A stretch of 63,863 nucleotides of DNA, the filler included, from Sandaracinaceae bacterium (GTDB lineage: Bacteria; Myxococcota_A; Polyangia; Polyangiales; JADJQN01): NCBI GenBank assembly GCA_947483975.1. It is 3 parts of 3 records of this genome, joined end to end, with 100 filler letters (N's around TTAATTAATTAA, not from the genome) between each part and the next. Parts side by side here need not be neighbours in the genome. Positions count along the whole stretch, not along the records: positions 49,154 to 63,863 come from CANKOL010000104.1; 2 more parts are not named here. One strand, 5' to 3'. Below are positions 53,700-63,669 of the stretch, piece by piece. How positions within the stretch are numbered: position 1 is the stretch's first letter; the number at the start of each line of letters is the position of its first letter. The position numbers were made by a program, and so were the translations under genes. The notes beneath the pieces were generated by a model, which saw nothing but the letters and a program-made list of their open reading frames with translations, made no database searches and was not told the DNA's origin.

Positions 53700-54359
53700 T
53701 CAGCGCGACACGAGCGCTCCGACGGCGCACGAGACGCCCGTCCCGCCGAGCCCGCAATAGCCGCCCGGGTTCTTGGCGAGGTACTGCTGATGGTCGTCCT
53801 CCGCGTAGTAGAGCGTCGGCTGCGGGAGGATCTCGGTCGTGATCGGCCCGAGCCCCGCCGCGCTGAGGCGCGCCTGGTAGGCGTCGCGCGAAGCCTCCGC
53901 GACGGCGCGCTGCTCCGGCGAGTGGAGGTAGAGGCCCGAGCGATACTGCGTCCCGACGTCGTTGCCCTGACGCATCCCCTGCGTTGGGTCGTGCCCCTCC
54001 CAGAAGGCACGCAGCAACGCCTCGAGCGGCAGCGTACGCGGGTCGTACACGACCAAGACGACCTCGTTGTGCCCAGTCCGCCCGGTGCAGACCTCGCGAT
54101 AGCTCGGATTGCGCGTGAGCCCCGCCGCGTAGCCGACCGCCGTCGTGTGCACGCCGGCGATTTTCCAGAACAGCCGCTCTGCGCCCCAGAAGCAGCCCAT
54201 GCCGACGAGCAAGTGCTCGGTGCCCGGCGGGAAAGGCGGCGTGAGCGGCGCGTCGAGGACCAAGTGCTTGGCGGCGACGCGCATCGCCTCGGAGCGACCG
54301 GGCAAAGCCTCGTCGGGCGTGGGCAGGCGCAGCTTGGTGGAGGACGCGAACATCGACAT
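53700..54359 (-). CDS. msrA: Peptide-methionine (S)-S-oxide reductase
   Basis: [33 protein letters not shown]. Confidence 0.96.
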   Translation of the reverse strand: MSMFASSTKLRLPTPDEALPGRSEAMRVAAKHLVLDAPLTPPFPPGTEHLLVGMGCFWGAERLFWKIAGVHTTAVGYAAGLTRNPSYREVCTGRTGHNEVVLVVYDPRTLPLEALLRAFWEGHDPTQGMRQGNDVGTQYRSGLYLHSPEQRAVAEASRDAYQARLSAAGLGPITTEILPQPTLYYAEDDHQQYLAKNPGGYCGLGGTGVSCAVGALVSR

Positions 54360-54450
54360 GCCGACAGCTATCGGGCCGCACAGGCGTCATGGGAAGGGGT
54401 ACCCTTCAGGCTCGGCGCCAGTCGGCCGATTCTACAAATGAGTCAGCCAC

Positions 54451-55761
54451 ATGACAGAACCTGCCCTCGCGACCGCGCTCGCGCTCGCTGAACGAGCGAC
54501 CCTCCGCGCCGTCGTGGACGGTCTGCCGGACGCGGTGCTCGTGCTCGACCAAGAGCGCGCGTTCATCGTCGTGAACCCGGCGGCGAGGCTGCTGTTCGGC
54601 GAGGCGCTCGGGGCGGCGTTCGACGACGCCTGGCCCGAGACGGTGGCCGCCTACACGAGCGACGGCTCGCGCCTGCTCACGGCGAGCGAGTGCGCGCCGA
54701 CGAGGGCGCTCATGGGCGAGTCGGTCGACGACTTCCGCTTCGTGCTCCGGGGCTCGCACCACGCCGAGAGCCTGCACCTGAGCGCCACGAGCCGACCGAT
54801 CCGCGACGACGGCGGCGCGGTCGTCGCGAGCCTCACGGTCTTCCGCGACGTGACCGAGACGCACCGCGCCGAGCGCGCCCGACGCGCGACCGAGGAGCGC
54901 TTTCGGCGGCTCTCGGAGGCCACCTTCGAGGGCATCACGCTGAGCGTCGACGGCATCTTGCTCGACTCGAACGAGACCTTCGCGCGGATGTTCGGCTACG
55001 AGCCCGAGGAGGTCCTCGGGCGCGACACCACGGACTTCGCCACCGAGCAGGGGCGCCTCGTGATGGACGCACACGGGGAAGCGAACGACGAGGACACCTA
55101 CGAGGCGATGGGCCTCCGCAAGGACGGCACGGAGATCCCGCTCGAGCTGCGCGCGCGGATGCTCGAGCTCGACGGGATGCGCCTGCGCATCACGGCGATG
55201 CGGGACATCACCGACCGCAAGCGCACGGAGGCGAAGCTCGCAGAGCAAGCCGAAGCGCTGCGCAACATGGCCATCCACGACGAGCTCACGGGGCTCTACA
55301 ACCGGCGCGGCTTCCACGAGCTCGGCGGGCAGCAGCTCCGCCTCGCGGACCGCAGCGACCGGCCGATGGCGCTGATCTTCGCGGACGTCAACGGCCTCAA
55401 GCGCATCAACGACGAGCTCGGACACGAGCACGGCGATCAGGTGATCCGCGACGCCGCCTCCGTGCTCGCGCGGGTCGCGCGCTCCGCGGATCTCGTCGCC
55501 CGCCTTGGAGGCGATGAGCTCGTCGTGCTCGCGAGCGGGCTGACCCCGGAGAACGTCCCGACCTTCGACGCGAGGCTCCTCGCCGCCATCGGCGACCACA
55601 ACGCGACGGCCCAGCGCCCGTATCGTCTGTCGATGAGCTTCGGAGTCGCGTACCGCCTGGCGCGCTCGGCGCGCTCGCTCGACGAGCTGCTCGCCGAGGC
55701 CGACCAGGCGATGTACGTGCAGAAGCGCGCGAGCCGGCTCGCCCGCGGCGCCGACGCCTGA
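54451..55761 (+). CDS. PAS-PAS-GGDEF diguanylate cyclase
   Basis: Two PAS/PAC domains; DELTGLYNRR, RSAD I-site, GGDEL. Confidence 0.9.
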   Translation: MTEPALATALALAERATLRAVVDGLPDAVLVLDQERAFIVVNPAARLLFGEALGAAFDDAWPETVAAYTSDGSRLLTASECAPTRALMGESVDDFRFVLRGSHHAESLHLSATSRPIRDDGGAVVASLTVFRDVTETHRAERARRATEERFRRLSEATFEGITLSVDGILLDSNETFARMFGYEPEEVLGRDTTDFATEQGRLVMDAHGEANDEDTYEAMGLRKDGTEIPLELRARMLELDGMRLRITAMRDITDRKRTEAKLAEQAEALRNMAIHDELTGLYNRRGFHELGGQQLRLADRSDRPMALIFADVNGLKRINDELGHEHGDQVIRDAASVLARVARSADLVARLGGDELVVLASGLTPENVPTFDARLLAAIGDHNATAQRPYRLSMSFGVAYRLARSARSLDELLAEADQAMYVQKRASRLARGADA

Positions 55762-55841
55762 CGCGCGTCACGCCAGCGCAGCGCGCCCCGTGAAGCCGTG
55801 CGCGTCTCCGGCGCGAGCCTCGACAGAGCGCGCGGACGAGC

Positions 55842-56777
55842 TCAGGCGCGCAGAGCGGCCCAGCGCTTGAGGAGGGTCTGGCGAATCGCGCCGAGGTTGA
55901 GCTTCGCTTTGCGGAAGCGGCCCTGCAGCGCGAAGTAGCGCTCGAGCGCGGACTCGGAGAGCTCGGAGTCGACGTTGAGGACGACTCGCTCGCCGTCGAA
56001 GATCTCACAGACGACGTACACGCCGGAGCGCACCGCGAGGCGCACCAGCTCGATGCAGTCGGCGGGCTCGGACTTCCAGCCCGTCGGGCACGGCGCGAGG
56101 ATGTGCAAGAAGCGAAAGCCGCGCGCGTCGAGCGCGTATTGCAGCTTGCGGAGCGCGTCCTCGGGGTGCGCGAGCGAGAGCGACGCGACGTACGGCACGC
56201 GGTGCGCCGCCATGATGCCGACGATGTCCTTCTTCTCGACGTCCTTGCCGAGCGGCGTCGTCGAGGTCACCGCGCCGAGCGGCGTCGAGGACGACCGCTG
56301 CCCGCCGGTGTTGCCGTAGATCTCGTTGTCGTAACAGATGTAGAGGACGTCCTCGTTGCGCTCAGCGGCTGCCGAGAGCGTCGCCATGCCGATGTCGTAG
56401 GTGCCGCCGTCGCCCGCCCAACAGATGACGCGCGTGCGCTCACCGTTGAGGCGCGCGACGTGCGCGAGGCCAGTCGCGACCGCCGCGGCCGAGGCGAACG
56501 TCGCGGCGACGACGGGCGCGCCGTAGGCGGAGTACGGAAACGACCCCGCCGTGACGATCGCGCAGCACGCCGGAATGACCATCTGAATCGAGTGCTCGGC
56601 GGCAGCGCGACTCAGCATATTGAGGCCAATCGACATCCCGCAGCCGCCGCAGTTCGTGTTGCCGGCGCGCAGCACGGGCTCGCCGCGGTCGCCGTCGCGC
56701 TGGGCCATTCCGTCGAGCATCGGCTCGTGTCCGCACATGGGCAGTCGCACCGGGGATTTCTCGTCGTGTTCCATCAT
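55842..56777 (-). CDS. porB: 2-oxoacid:acceptor oxidoreductase beta subunit (TPP-binding)
   Basis: CGGCG, GDGG...DNEIYGNTGGQ, PCPTGW. Confidence 0.88.
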   Translation of the reverse strand: MMEHDEKSPVRLPMCGHEPMLDGMAQRDGDRGEPVLRAGNTNCGGCGMSIGLNMLSRAAAEHSIQMVIPACCAIVTAGSFPYSAYGAPVVAATFASAAAVATGLAHVARLNGERTRVICWAGDGGTYDIGMATLSAAAERNEDVLYICYDNEIYGNTGGQRSSSTPLGAVTSTTPLGKDVEKKDIVGIMAAHRVPYVASLSLAHPEDALRKLQYALDARGFRFLHILAPCPTGWKSEPADCIELVRLAVRSGVYVVCEIFDGERVVLNVDSELSESALERYFALQGRFRKAKLNLGAIRQTLLKRWAALRA

Positions 56778-57934
56778 CCCACCTCGACGATACGTGGCTT
56801 GTCGGCTCGCTCGAGAGCGACGAGCTCATTCAAGATGCGCGTGACGTGTGCGGGGCGAACGTCGCCTCCACCGATGCCCGCGATGTAGCCCTGGACGAGC
56901 GCGCCAGGCTCCGTGACGCCGCGCACCTCCGCCCAGAGAATCCCGCCGAGGCCGGGGCAGAGGTCGCGGTCGATGACGCCGACCTTCTTCTTGCCCGCGA
57001 GCGCAGCGCGGAGGAGGTCCTCCGGGAACGGCCGAAACATGTTCACGCGCAGCCCGCCGGCGCGGACTCCGCGGGCGCGCGCCTCGTCGACGGCGGCGCG
57101 CACGGTGCTCGCGGTAGTCCCCATCGAGACGAGCACGACGTCCGCGTCGTCCATCCGATACGGCACGATCGGATCGGGCAGCGCGCGCCCGAAGATCTGG
57201 AGGAACGACGCCTGCACCTCGCGGTACACCTCGAAGACGTTGTTCATCGCGCCGATCGCCTGCAGGCGATGCATCTCCGTCTCGTGCGGGAGATCGAGCC
57301 CGCCGATGACGCGCGGACGGTCCGCGAGGCGGTGCGGCAGGTCGAGCGGCGGCAGGAACTCGTCGACGAGGGCCTGCGCCGGCATCTCCGTGAGGACCAT
57401 CGTGTGCGAGAGGATGAAGGCGTCCTGACACACCATGATCGGCAGCAGGACCCGACGGTCCTCGGCGAGGCGGAACGCCGCGAGCGTCGTGTCGGCGACC
57501 TCCTGATTGTTCTCGCAATAGAGCTGAATCCAGCCCGAATCGCGGAGCATCAGAGTGTCGCCGTGATCGACCCAGATGTTCCACGGCGGGCCGAGCGTGC
57601 GATTCACCGCCATCATCACGATGGGCAGTCGGTAGAACGCCGCGGCGAAGACGTTCTCGGCCATGAAGGCGAGGCCGTTCGACGAGGACGCCGTGAAGGA
57701 GCGCGCGCCCCCGACCGAGAAGCCCATGCACACCGCCATCGCGCTGTGCTCGCTCTCGACGCGGACGACGTGCCCCTTCTCGATCTCCTGATTGCAGAGC
57801 AGCTCGATGCACTCGGTCTGCGGCGTGATCGGATACACGCCGCTGCCGAAGCCCCGTCCGGTGCGGTTCGCGCGCGCTGCGAGGGTCGCGGCGAGGGCCG
57901 CGGCGTGGTTCGCGCTGATGAGCTCCTGAGTCAT
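56774..57934 (-). CDS. porA: 2-oxoacid:acceptor oxidoreductase alpha subunit
   Basis: YPITPQT, ESEHSAM, FRPFP, GIGGGDV; ATGA overlaps on both sides. Confidence 0.88.
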   Translation of the reverse strand: MTQELISANHAAALAATLAARANRTGRGFGSGVYPITPQTECIELLCNQEIEKGHVVRVESEHSAMAVCMGFSVGGARSFTASSSNGLAFMAENVFAAAFYRLPIVMMAVNRTLGPPWNIWVDHGDTLMLRDSGWIQLYCENNQEVADTTLAAFRLAEDRRVLLPIMVCQDAFILSHTMVLTEMPAQALVDEFLPPLDLPHRLADRPRVIGGLDLPHETEMHRLQAIGAMNNVFEVYREVQASFLQIFGRALPDPIVPYRMDDADVVLVSMGTTASTVRAAVDEARARGVRAGGLRVNMFRPFPEDLLRAALAGKKKVGVIDRDLCPGLGGILWAEVRGVTEPGALVQGYIAGIGGGDVRPAHVTRILNELVALERADKPRIVEVG

Positions 57935-60150
57935 ACGGCCGTCATCTCCATGCCCTTGCGCGGGCACTCTTTCACGCAGATGCCGCAGCCCTTGCAGTAG
58001 CTGTAGTCGACCTCGTAGGCGGCGTCTTTGCGGCGGATGATCCCCTCGGGGCAGAAGACCAAGCAGGTGTCGCACTTCGTGCACTCGCCGCAGGAGAAGC
58101 AGCGGTGTGCCTCGAGCCCGTCGGCGAGCCCATGACTGACCTCGTCGAACGTGCGCACGCGCGCGGCGGGCGTCTCGAGGGACTCACGCACGGCCGCGGA
58201 GGTCGCGAAGTGATCGAAGCGAATATCCGTCGCGGGCACCGCGATCGCGCGGTCGGGGCGCGCGAACGGCGTCACGTCGAGGCCGAGGGCGGCCATCGCG
58301 CGACCCGCGGCGCGCTTGCCGTCGCCGATCGCGTGCGTGACCGTGCCGTCACCCGTCGACACATCGCCCGCCGCGAACACCGCGAGCGGCACGCCGCCCT
58401 GATGCACGCGCCCTTCGCGCAGCTCCCAGCCTGCGGGCAAGAGCGAGAGCTCCGCCGACTGACCGAGCGCGAGCAACACCGCGTCACACTCGAGCACCGA
58501 GCGCTTGTCGGTGACGACGGGACGCCGACGCCCCGAGTCATCCGCCTCGCCGAGCTCGACCTCCGCGAGCTCGACGCCGCGCACGCGCCCGCCCTCGCCC
58601 ACGAAGCCGAGCGGCGCCCGCAAGAAGACGAACGCGACGCCCTCGTGCCGGGCCTCCTCGACCTCTTCGGCGATGGCCGGCATCTCGTCCGCGCCGCGAC
58701 GGTAGGCGACGGTCACGCGCTCGGCGCCTGCCCGGAGCGCGCTCCGAGCGCAGTCCATCGCGGTGTTGCCGCCGCCGAGCACGACGACGTGCCCGCCGAT
58801 GCGCGCCGCGCCGTCGAGGTTGATGTGGTGCAGGAAGCGGATCCCTTGCTGCACGCCCGCGAGGTCGGCGCCGGGGCCGTCGAGCCCGCGCAGCTTCTGC
58901 AGGCCCGTCGCGAGGATCACCGCGTCGAACTCGCCGGGCAGCGAGGCGAGCTGCTCGCGGTCGAGGAACGCACCGAGCGCGGTCTTCACGCCGAGCGCGA
59001 GCACGGCCCCGACCTCGCGGTCGAGCACCTCGCGCGGCAAGCGGTAGGTCGGAATGCCGGTGCGCAGCACGCCGCCGAGCGCCGCTTCGCCGTCGAAGAT
59101 CGTCGCGTCGTGCCCGGCGCGCGCGAGCGTCTGCGCGGCGGCGAGGCCCGCCGGTCCGCCGCCGAGGATCGCGAAGCGGCGCGGGGTCGCATGCTTCGTG
59201 ACGACGGGCAGCACGACCTCGCCGTGATCGGCGATCCAGCGCTCGAGGCCGCGGATGTTCACGGCGCCGTCGTACTCGCGGCGGTTGCAGCCCTCCATGC
59301 AAGGAGCCGGACAGACGCGCCCACACACGCCCGCGAGCGGGGTCGTGTTCGCGAGGATCGCGGCGGCGGCCTTCTCGTCCTTCTGCGCGAGGGCCTGCAC
59401 GAAGCCGATGACGTCGTTGCCCGCGGGGCACCACGCGCTGCACGGCGCGAGATAGCTCGAGTACTTGGGCGTCTGCGTGCGCCAGTTGCCGGTCTTCAGC
59501 GGAGGCTGCGGACCGTCGCGGTGCTCGGTCAGCGGGAGCACGTCGGGGCGCGCAGCCGGGACCGCCGCGGCGGGCACCGCGACGCGCTGCTCGAGGCCGA
59601 TCGGCTCGCGCACCTGCACGCCCTCGTAGGCCTCGCGCGCGGCGGCGAAATTGCTGAGCAGCCCGAGGTGCTGATACGCGTGCTCGAGGGCGCTGAGCGG
59701 GAGCCCGAGGGCCTTCACGAAGGCGCCGGCGACCGTCGTGTTGACGATGATGACCGAGCGCGTGCCGATCTTGTGGCGCCGCGCGATCGCCGTCGCGTCG
59801 ATCAGCGCGAGGCGGAACGCCTCGAAGCGCCCGACGAACGACTCCATCGGCGCCGACGTCGCGAGGAGCAGCGTGCCGCCCGGCTGCAGGCCCTGCACGA
59901 CCTCGTCGCTCAGGAGCGTCGGGTCGAGGACGAGCAGATGATCGGGGTCGTAGACCTTGTTCCGATTGGAGATCGGGTCATCGCTGACCCGCGTGTACGC
60001 CCGCACCGGCGCGCCCGAGCGCTCACCGGAATAGTCACCGAAGGTCTGCACGCTCTTCCCGAGCTCCGCGTAGACCGCAGCGATGATCTTTGCGCAGGTG
60101 ACGCCGCCTTGACCGCCGCGTCCATGCAACCGAATTTCTAGTGCCGGCAT
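57931..60150 (-). CDS. Fusion of oxidoreductase gamma subunit, GltD/DsrL-like FAD/NAD(P) oxidoreductase and delta ferredoxin
   Basis: EIRLHGRGGQG, ERSGAPV; KTGNWR; PC...CP, CGRVCPAPC, GGGPAG, GGGNTAMDCAR, YRR; CTKCDTC...CP and CKGCGIC...CP. Confidence 0.88.
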   Translation of the reverse strand: MPALEIRLHGRGGQGGVTCAKIIAAVYAELGKSVQTFGDYSGERSGAPVRAYTRVSDDPISNRNKVYDPDHLLVLDPTLLSDEVVQGLQPGGTLLLATSAPMESFVGRFEAFRLALIDATAIARRHKIGTRSVIIVNTTVAGAFVKALGLPLSALEHAYQHLGLLSNFAAAREAYEGVQVREPIGLEQRVAVPAAAVPAARPDVLPLTEHRDGPQPPLKTGNWRTQTPKYSSYLAPCSAWCPAGNDVIGFVQALAQKDEKAAAAILANTTPLAGVCGRVCPAPCMEGCNRREYDGAVNIRGLERWIADHGEVVLPVVTKHATPRRFAILGGGPAGLAAAQTLARAGHDATIFDGEAALGGVLRTGIPTYRLPREVLDREVGAVLALGVKTALGAFLDREQLASLPGEFDAVILATGLQKLRGLDGPGADLAGVQQGIRFLHHINLDGAARIGGHVVVLGGGNTAMDCARSALRAGAERVTVAYRRGADEMPAIAEEVEEARHEGVAFVFLRAPLGFVGEGGRVRGVELAEVELGEADDSGRRRPVVTDKRSVLECDAVLLALGQSAELSLLPAGWELREGRVHQGGVPLAVFAAGDVSTGDGTVTHAIGDGKRAAGRAMAALGLDVTPFARPDRAIAVPATDIRFDHFATSAAVRESLETPAARVRTFDEVSHGLADGLEAHRCFSCGECTKCDTCLVFCPEGIIRRKDAAYEVDYSYCKGCGICVKECPRKGMEMTAV

Positions 60151-60249
60151 GAGGCGGCACCGTGCCCCTGATCGGCCCCCCTGCGCATTGCGCCGTGTCA
60201 ACCCGCGCAGGCCTGCGACGCGGGCCGGTCGGCCTCCGGGCGTCGCGCT

Positions 60250-61119
60250 CTAAAGCCCGCGGGCTAGCTCGGGGCGAAGCGGGATCTCCCCGGCGAGCGC
60301 CCGGTCGATGGTGTGCACGATGCGCTCTCGGTCGCGCGGGAGTCGACCGCCGAGCGGCAGGTAATTCGACGCGTGGTTGGTGCGGAAGAGCGCGTCGCTC
60401 GGCGCGGCGAGCGAGACGAACTCGCGCAGCTCCTCGAGCAGGCCGCGCACCTCGGGGAGCGCGAAGCGACCCGTCTCGGCGAGCCTCGCGAGGGGCGTCG
60501 CGGGCACGACGGTGAGCGTCAGCGCGGAGAGGAACTCCGGATCCATCTCCGTCGCGAGCCGCGCCGAGCCCCGCGCGTGCTCGAGCGAGCGCGATGTGCC
60601 GCCCGCGCCGATCAAGAAGATCGCGGAGAGCGCCATCCCCGCGGCGTGCGCGCGCTGCGCGCCGTCGACGTGCGCCTCGAAGCCCTGGCCCTTCGCGAGC
60701 CGCTTCAGCGTGACGGGGTCGCCCGACTCAGGACCGATGTAGAGGAGCGAGAGCCCGAGCGCGCGAAGCCGTAAAAGCTCCGCGGGCGTCTTCTCGAGGA
60801 GGTTCCGCGCCATCGCGTAGCAGCTGACCTGTCGGAGCGCCGGGAAGGTCGTGCGGCAGGCCTCGAGGATCGGCTCCCAATGCGAGAGCGGCATCACGAG
60901 CGCGTCGCCGTCGGCGACGAAGACCTTCTCGACCCGCGCGGCGAACCCGGCGCACGCGCCGATGTCCGCGAGCACGGCGTCGAGCGAGCGCACGCGAAAC
61001 GCCTTGTCGCGGTACATATCGCAGTACACGCAGCGGTTCCACGAGCAGCCGAGGGTGGCCTGCAGGATGAGCGAATCGCCCTCGCTCGGCGGGCGGTAGA
61101 GCTTGCCTTCGTAGCGCAT
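60250..61119 (-). CDS. Radical SAM protein, uncharacterised
   Basis: YRPPSE, CSWNRCVYC (CxxxCxxC), G.ESG, FRTNHASNY. Confidence 0.85.
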   Translation of the reverse strand: MRYEGKLYRPPSEGDSLILQATLGCSWNRCVYCDMYRDKAFRVRSLDAVLADIGACAGFAARVEKVFVADGDALVMPLSHWEPILEACRTTFPALRQVSCYAMARNLLEKTPAELLRLRALGLSLLYIGPESGDPVTLKRLAKGQGFEAHVDGAQRAHAAGMALSAIFLIGAGGTSRSLEHARGSARLATEMDPEFLSALTLTVVPATPLARLAETGRFALPEVRGLLEELREFVSLAAPSDALFRTNHASNYLPLGGRLPRDRERIVHTIDRALAGEIPLRPELARGL

Positions 61120-61188
61120 GGCGGCGACACCCAGCATAGCGGGTCCGGCGGCGCCGTCGCGCGCGCGTCGGCGTGCTAGCGTTCCGCG

Positions 61189-62265
61189 ATGTTCGGCAGT
61201 CGCTCCACGAGGGACGTCGGTGCTGGCCCCGGCGAGGCCCCCGCGCCCGTGACCGACGCGCTCGGAAGGCCGCTGCGCAAGCTGCGCATTTCGCTGACGG
61301 ATCGCTGCAATCTTCGCTGCGCGTACTGCATGCCGCGCGAGGAATATACGTGGCTCCCGCGGGAGCATCTGCTCAGCTTCGACGAGCTCGGGCGCCTCGT
61401 GCGCTTGCTCGCGCCGCTCGGCGTCGCGCACCTCCGGCTGACCGGCGGCGAACCGCTGCTGCGACCGTCTCTCGCCGATCTCGTCGCCCGCCTCGGGGCG
61501 GTCGGTGGAATCCGCAGCGTGTCGCTGACGACGAACGGGCTGCTCCTGGCCGACAGCGCGGCAGCGCTCCGACGAGCGGGCTTGGCGGGACTGACCATCA
61601 GCCTCGACACGCTCCGCCGAGAGCGCTTCACGACGCTGACTCGGCGCGACGAGCTCCCGGCGGTGCTCGCCGGGCTCGACGCCGCGGTCGAGGCGGGCTT
61701 CGAGCGGATGAAGACGAACACGGTCGTGATGCGCGGCTTCAACGACGACGAGCTCGTCGACATCGTCGAGGCCGCCCGCGCGCGCGACGTTCAGCCGCGC
61801 TTCATCGAGTACATGGACGTCGGCGGCGCGACGGACTGGCGGCCCGAGCACGTCGTGCCCCGCCCCGAGATCCTCGCCCGCCTCGAGGCCCGCTACGGTC
61901 CCGCGCAGCAGCTCGAGAACCGTGACGGCGCCCCCGCCGATCGCTTCGCGTTCTCGGACGGCTTCGTCGTCGGCGTGATCTCGTCGACCAGCCTGCCCTT
62001 CTGTCGAAAGTGCGACCGAGCCCGGCTCACCTCCGACGGGCATCTCCTCAAGTGCCTGTATGCGCACGAGGGGCTCGATGTCCGGAGTCTGCTGCGCGGG
62101 ACGGCCACCGACGCTGAGCTCGCGGAGCGCCTCGCCGAGGAGTGGCGGGCGCGCGAAGACCGAGGCGCGGAGCTGCGGCTCGCAGAGCCGATGAGGGGCC
62201 CCTTCGTGGCGGCCGACGCGCTCCTTCGAAATCCACACCTCGAGATGCACAATCGTGGTGGATGA
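61189..62265 (+). CDS. moaA: GTP 3',8-cyclase MoaA
   Basis: LRISLTDRCNLRCAYCMP, TGGEP, FCxxCDRARLT...C, C-terminal GG. Confidence 0.95.
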   Translation: MFGSRSTRDVGAGPGEAPAPVTDALGRPLRKLRISLTDRCNLRCAYCMPREEYTWLPREHLLSFDELGRLVRLLAPLGVAHLRLTGGEPLLRPSLADLVARLGAVGGIRSVSLTTNGLLLADSAAALRRAGLAGLTISLDTLRRERFTTLTRRDELPAVLAGLDAAVEAGFERMKTNTVVMRGFNDDELVDIVEAARARDVQPRFIEYMDVGGATDWRPEHVVPRPEILARLEARYGPAQQLENRDGAPADRFAFSDGFVVGVISSTSLPFCRKCDRARLTSDGHLLKCLYAHEGLDVRSLLRGTATDAELAERLAEEWRAREDRGAELRLAEPMRGPFVAADALLRNPHLEMHNRGG

Positions 62266-63397
62266 GGCCCCATCAGAGTCCGGAGTCGAGGGCGTGAGTC
62301 GCCCGACCTCGCCCGTCGTGGGGATCTTCGTCGGCGGCCGCTCGTCGCGGTACGGCGGCGTCCCCAAAGGCCTGCTGCCCGCGCCCGATGGGGCGCAGAG
62401 TCTGGTCGCGCGAATCGCGGCGCTCGCGCGGACTCTCGAGCTCGAGGTGGTGCTCGTCGGCGAACACTCGGCGTATGCCTCGCTCGGACTCCCCATGTTG
62501 CGCGACGTGCCCGGCGCCGAGGGACCGCTCGGTGGGCTCGCGTCGCTCCTCGACCATGCGGGCGAGCGCCCAGCCATCGCGCTCGCGTGCGATATGCCGC
62601 ACCTCACGCGAGCCCTCCTCGCGCGCCTCATCAGCGCCCCCGCGGCGGCGGTCGTCGCGGCGAGGCGTTCGAGTCGCTGGGAGCCGCTCTTCGCACGCTA
62701 CACGCCCTCCCTCTGCCGAGACGCGATGGCCCGCGCGTTCTCGCAGAACCGCTTCGCGCTGCAGGCGCTGCTCGACGACGCGGGCGCACGGGAACTCCCG
62801 CTCTCGCACGAAGAAGAGTGCCTGTTGCACGACTGGGACTCACCGGCCGACCGCGCGAGCGACCCACTCGACGCGTCGACGAGAGAGCCCCCGAGCGGGT
62901 CAGCGAACGGACCGAGCGCGCCGAGGACGCACCCACGAACGCGCCTCGACCAGACACCGCTCGATACGAGCCAGGTGATCGCCGACGTCACTCACGCGGC
63001 GGTGGGCGGGATCGATGTCTTCGTCGGCGTCGTGCGCGACCACGCGGACGGGCGCGCCGTCGAAGGGCTCGAATACAGCGCCTATGGGCCGATGGCAGAG
63101 CGCGAGTTGGCCGCCATCGCGCGCGAGGTCGAGGCGCGATACGAGGGAGTGCGCGTCGCCGCGAGGCACCGTATTGGAGCGTTGCGCGTCGGCGACCTCG
63201 CCGTCGTCTGCGCGGCGAGCGCGCCGCACCGCGCCGAGGCCTTCGCCGCCTGCCGCGAGCTGATCGAGGAGATCAAGCTGCGCGTGCCAGTCTGGAAGCG
63301 CGAGACGGGCCCGGACGGCAGCGCTTGGGTCGGTTGGGTGGACGTGCGCGGCCCCGCGCCGCCCGCTGCGCCTAGCCCCCCGCGACCGGCGGAATGA
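62255..63397 (+). CDS. moaE: MobA-MoaE fusion (Moco guanylyltransferase-like plus molybdopterin synthase catalytic subunit)
   Basis: GG.SSRYG..K, GPLGGL, ACDMP, EPL; then FVGVVR, LEY.AY..MA, HRIG, HR.EAF, PVWKRE. Confidence 0.85.
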   Translation: MVDEAPSESGVEGVSRPTSPVVGIFVGGRSSRYGGVPKGLLPAPDGAQSLVARIAALARTLELEVVLVGEHSAYASLGLPMLRDVPGAEGPLGGLASLLDHAGERPAIALACDMPHLTRALLARLISAPAAAVVAARRSSRWEPLFARYTPSLCRDAMARAFSQNRFALQALLDDAGARELPLSHEEECLLHDWDSPADRASDPLDASTREPPSGSANGPSAPRTHPRTRLDQTPLDTSQVIADVTHAAVGGIDVFVGVVRDHADGRAVEGLEYSAYGPMAERELAAIAREVEARYEGVRVAARHRIGALRVGDLAVVCAASAPHRAEAFAACRELIEEIKLRVPVWKRETGPDGSAWVGWVDVRGPAPPAAPSPPRPAE

Positions 63398-63620
63398 GCG
63401 CGACGACGGCGCCCTCGTGGAGGGCCGCCGCGTCGTCCACGAACTCCTCGTCGAGCGCGAACCGCACCGAACCGAGGCGCGCACCGAGCGCGGGATTCCG
63501 CGCGGCGAGCCACTGCCGCAGATCCCGAATCGTGCGCACTTCCTCGCCGAGGGTGACGTCCTCCTCGCTGCGTCCGACCAGCTCACGAACGGCTGCGAAG
63601 TAGAGTAGCTGCGCGCGCAT
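63372..63620 (-). CDS. moaD: Molybdopterin synthase sulfur carrier
   Basis: YFA..RE..G, C-terminal IPPVAGG. Confidence 0.92.
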   Translation of the reverse strand: MRAQLLYFAAVRELVGRSEEDVTLGEEVRTIRDLRQWLAARNPALGARLGSVRFALDEEFVDDAAALHEGAVVALIPPVAGG

Positions 63621-63669
63621 GGGCCGCAGAGTGCCATACGGGTCTGCAGAGGCCAGGCCCGGGAAGCCG

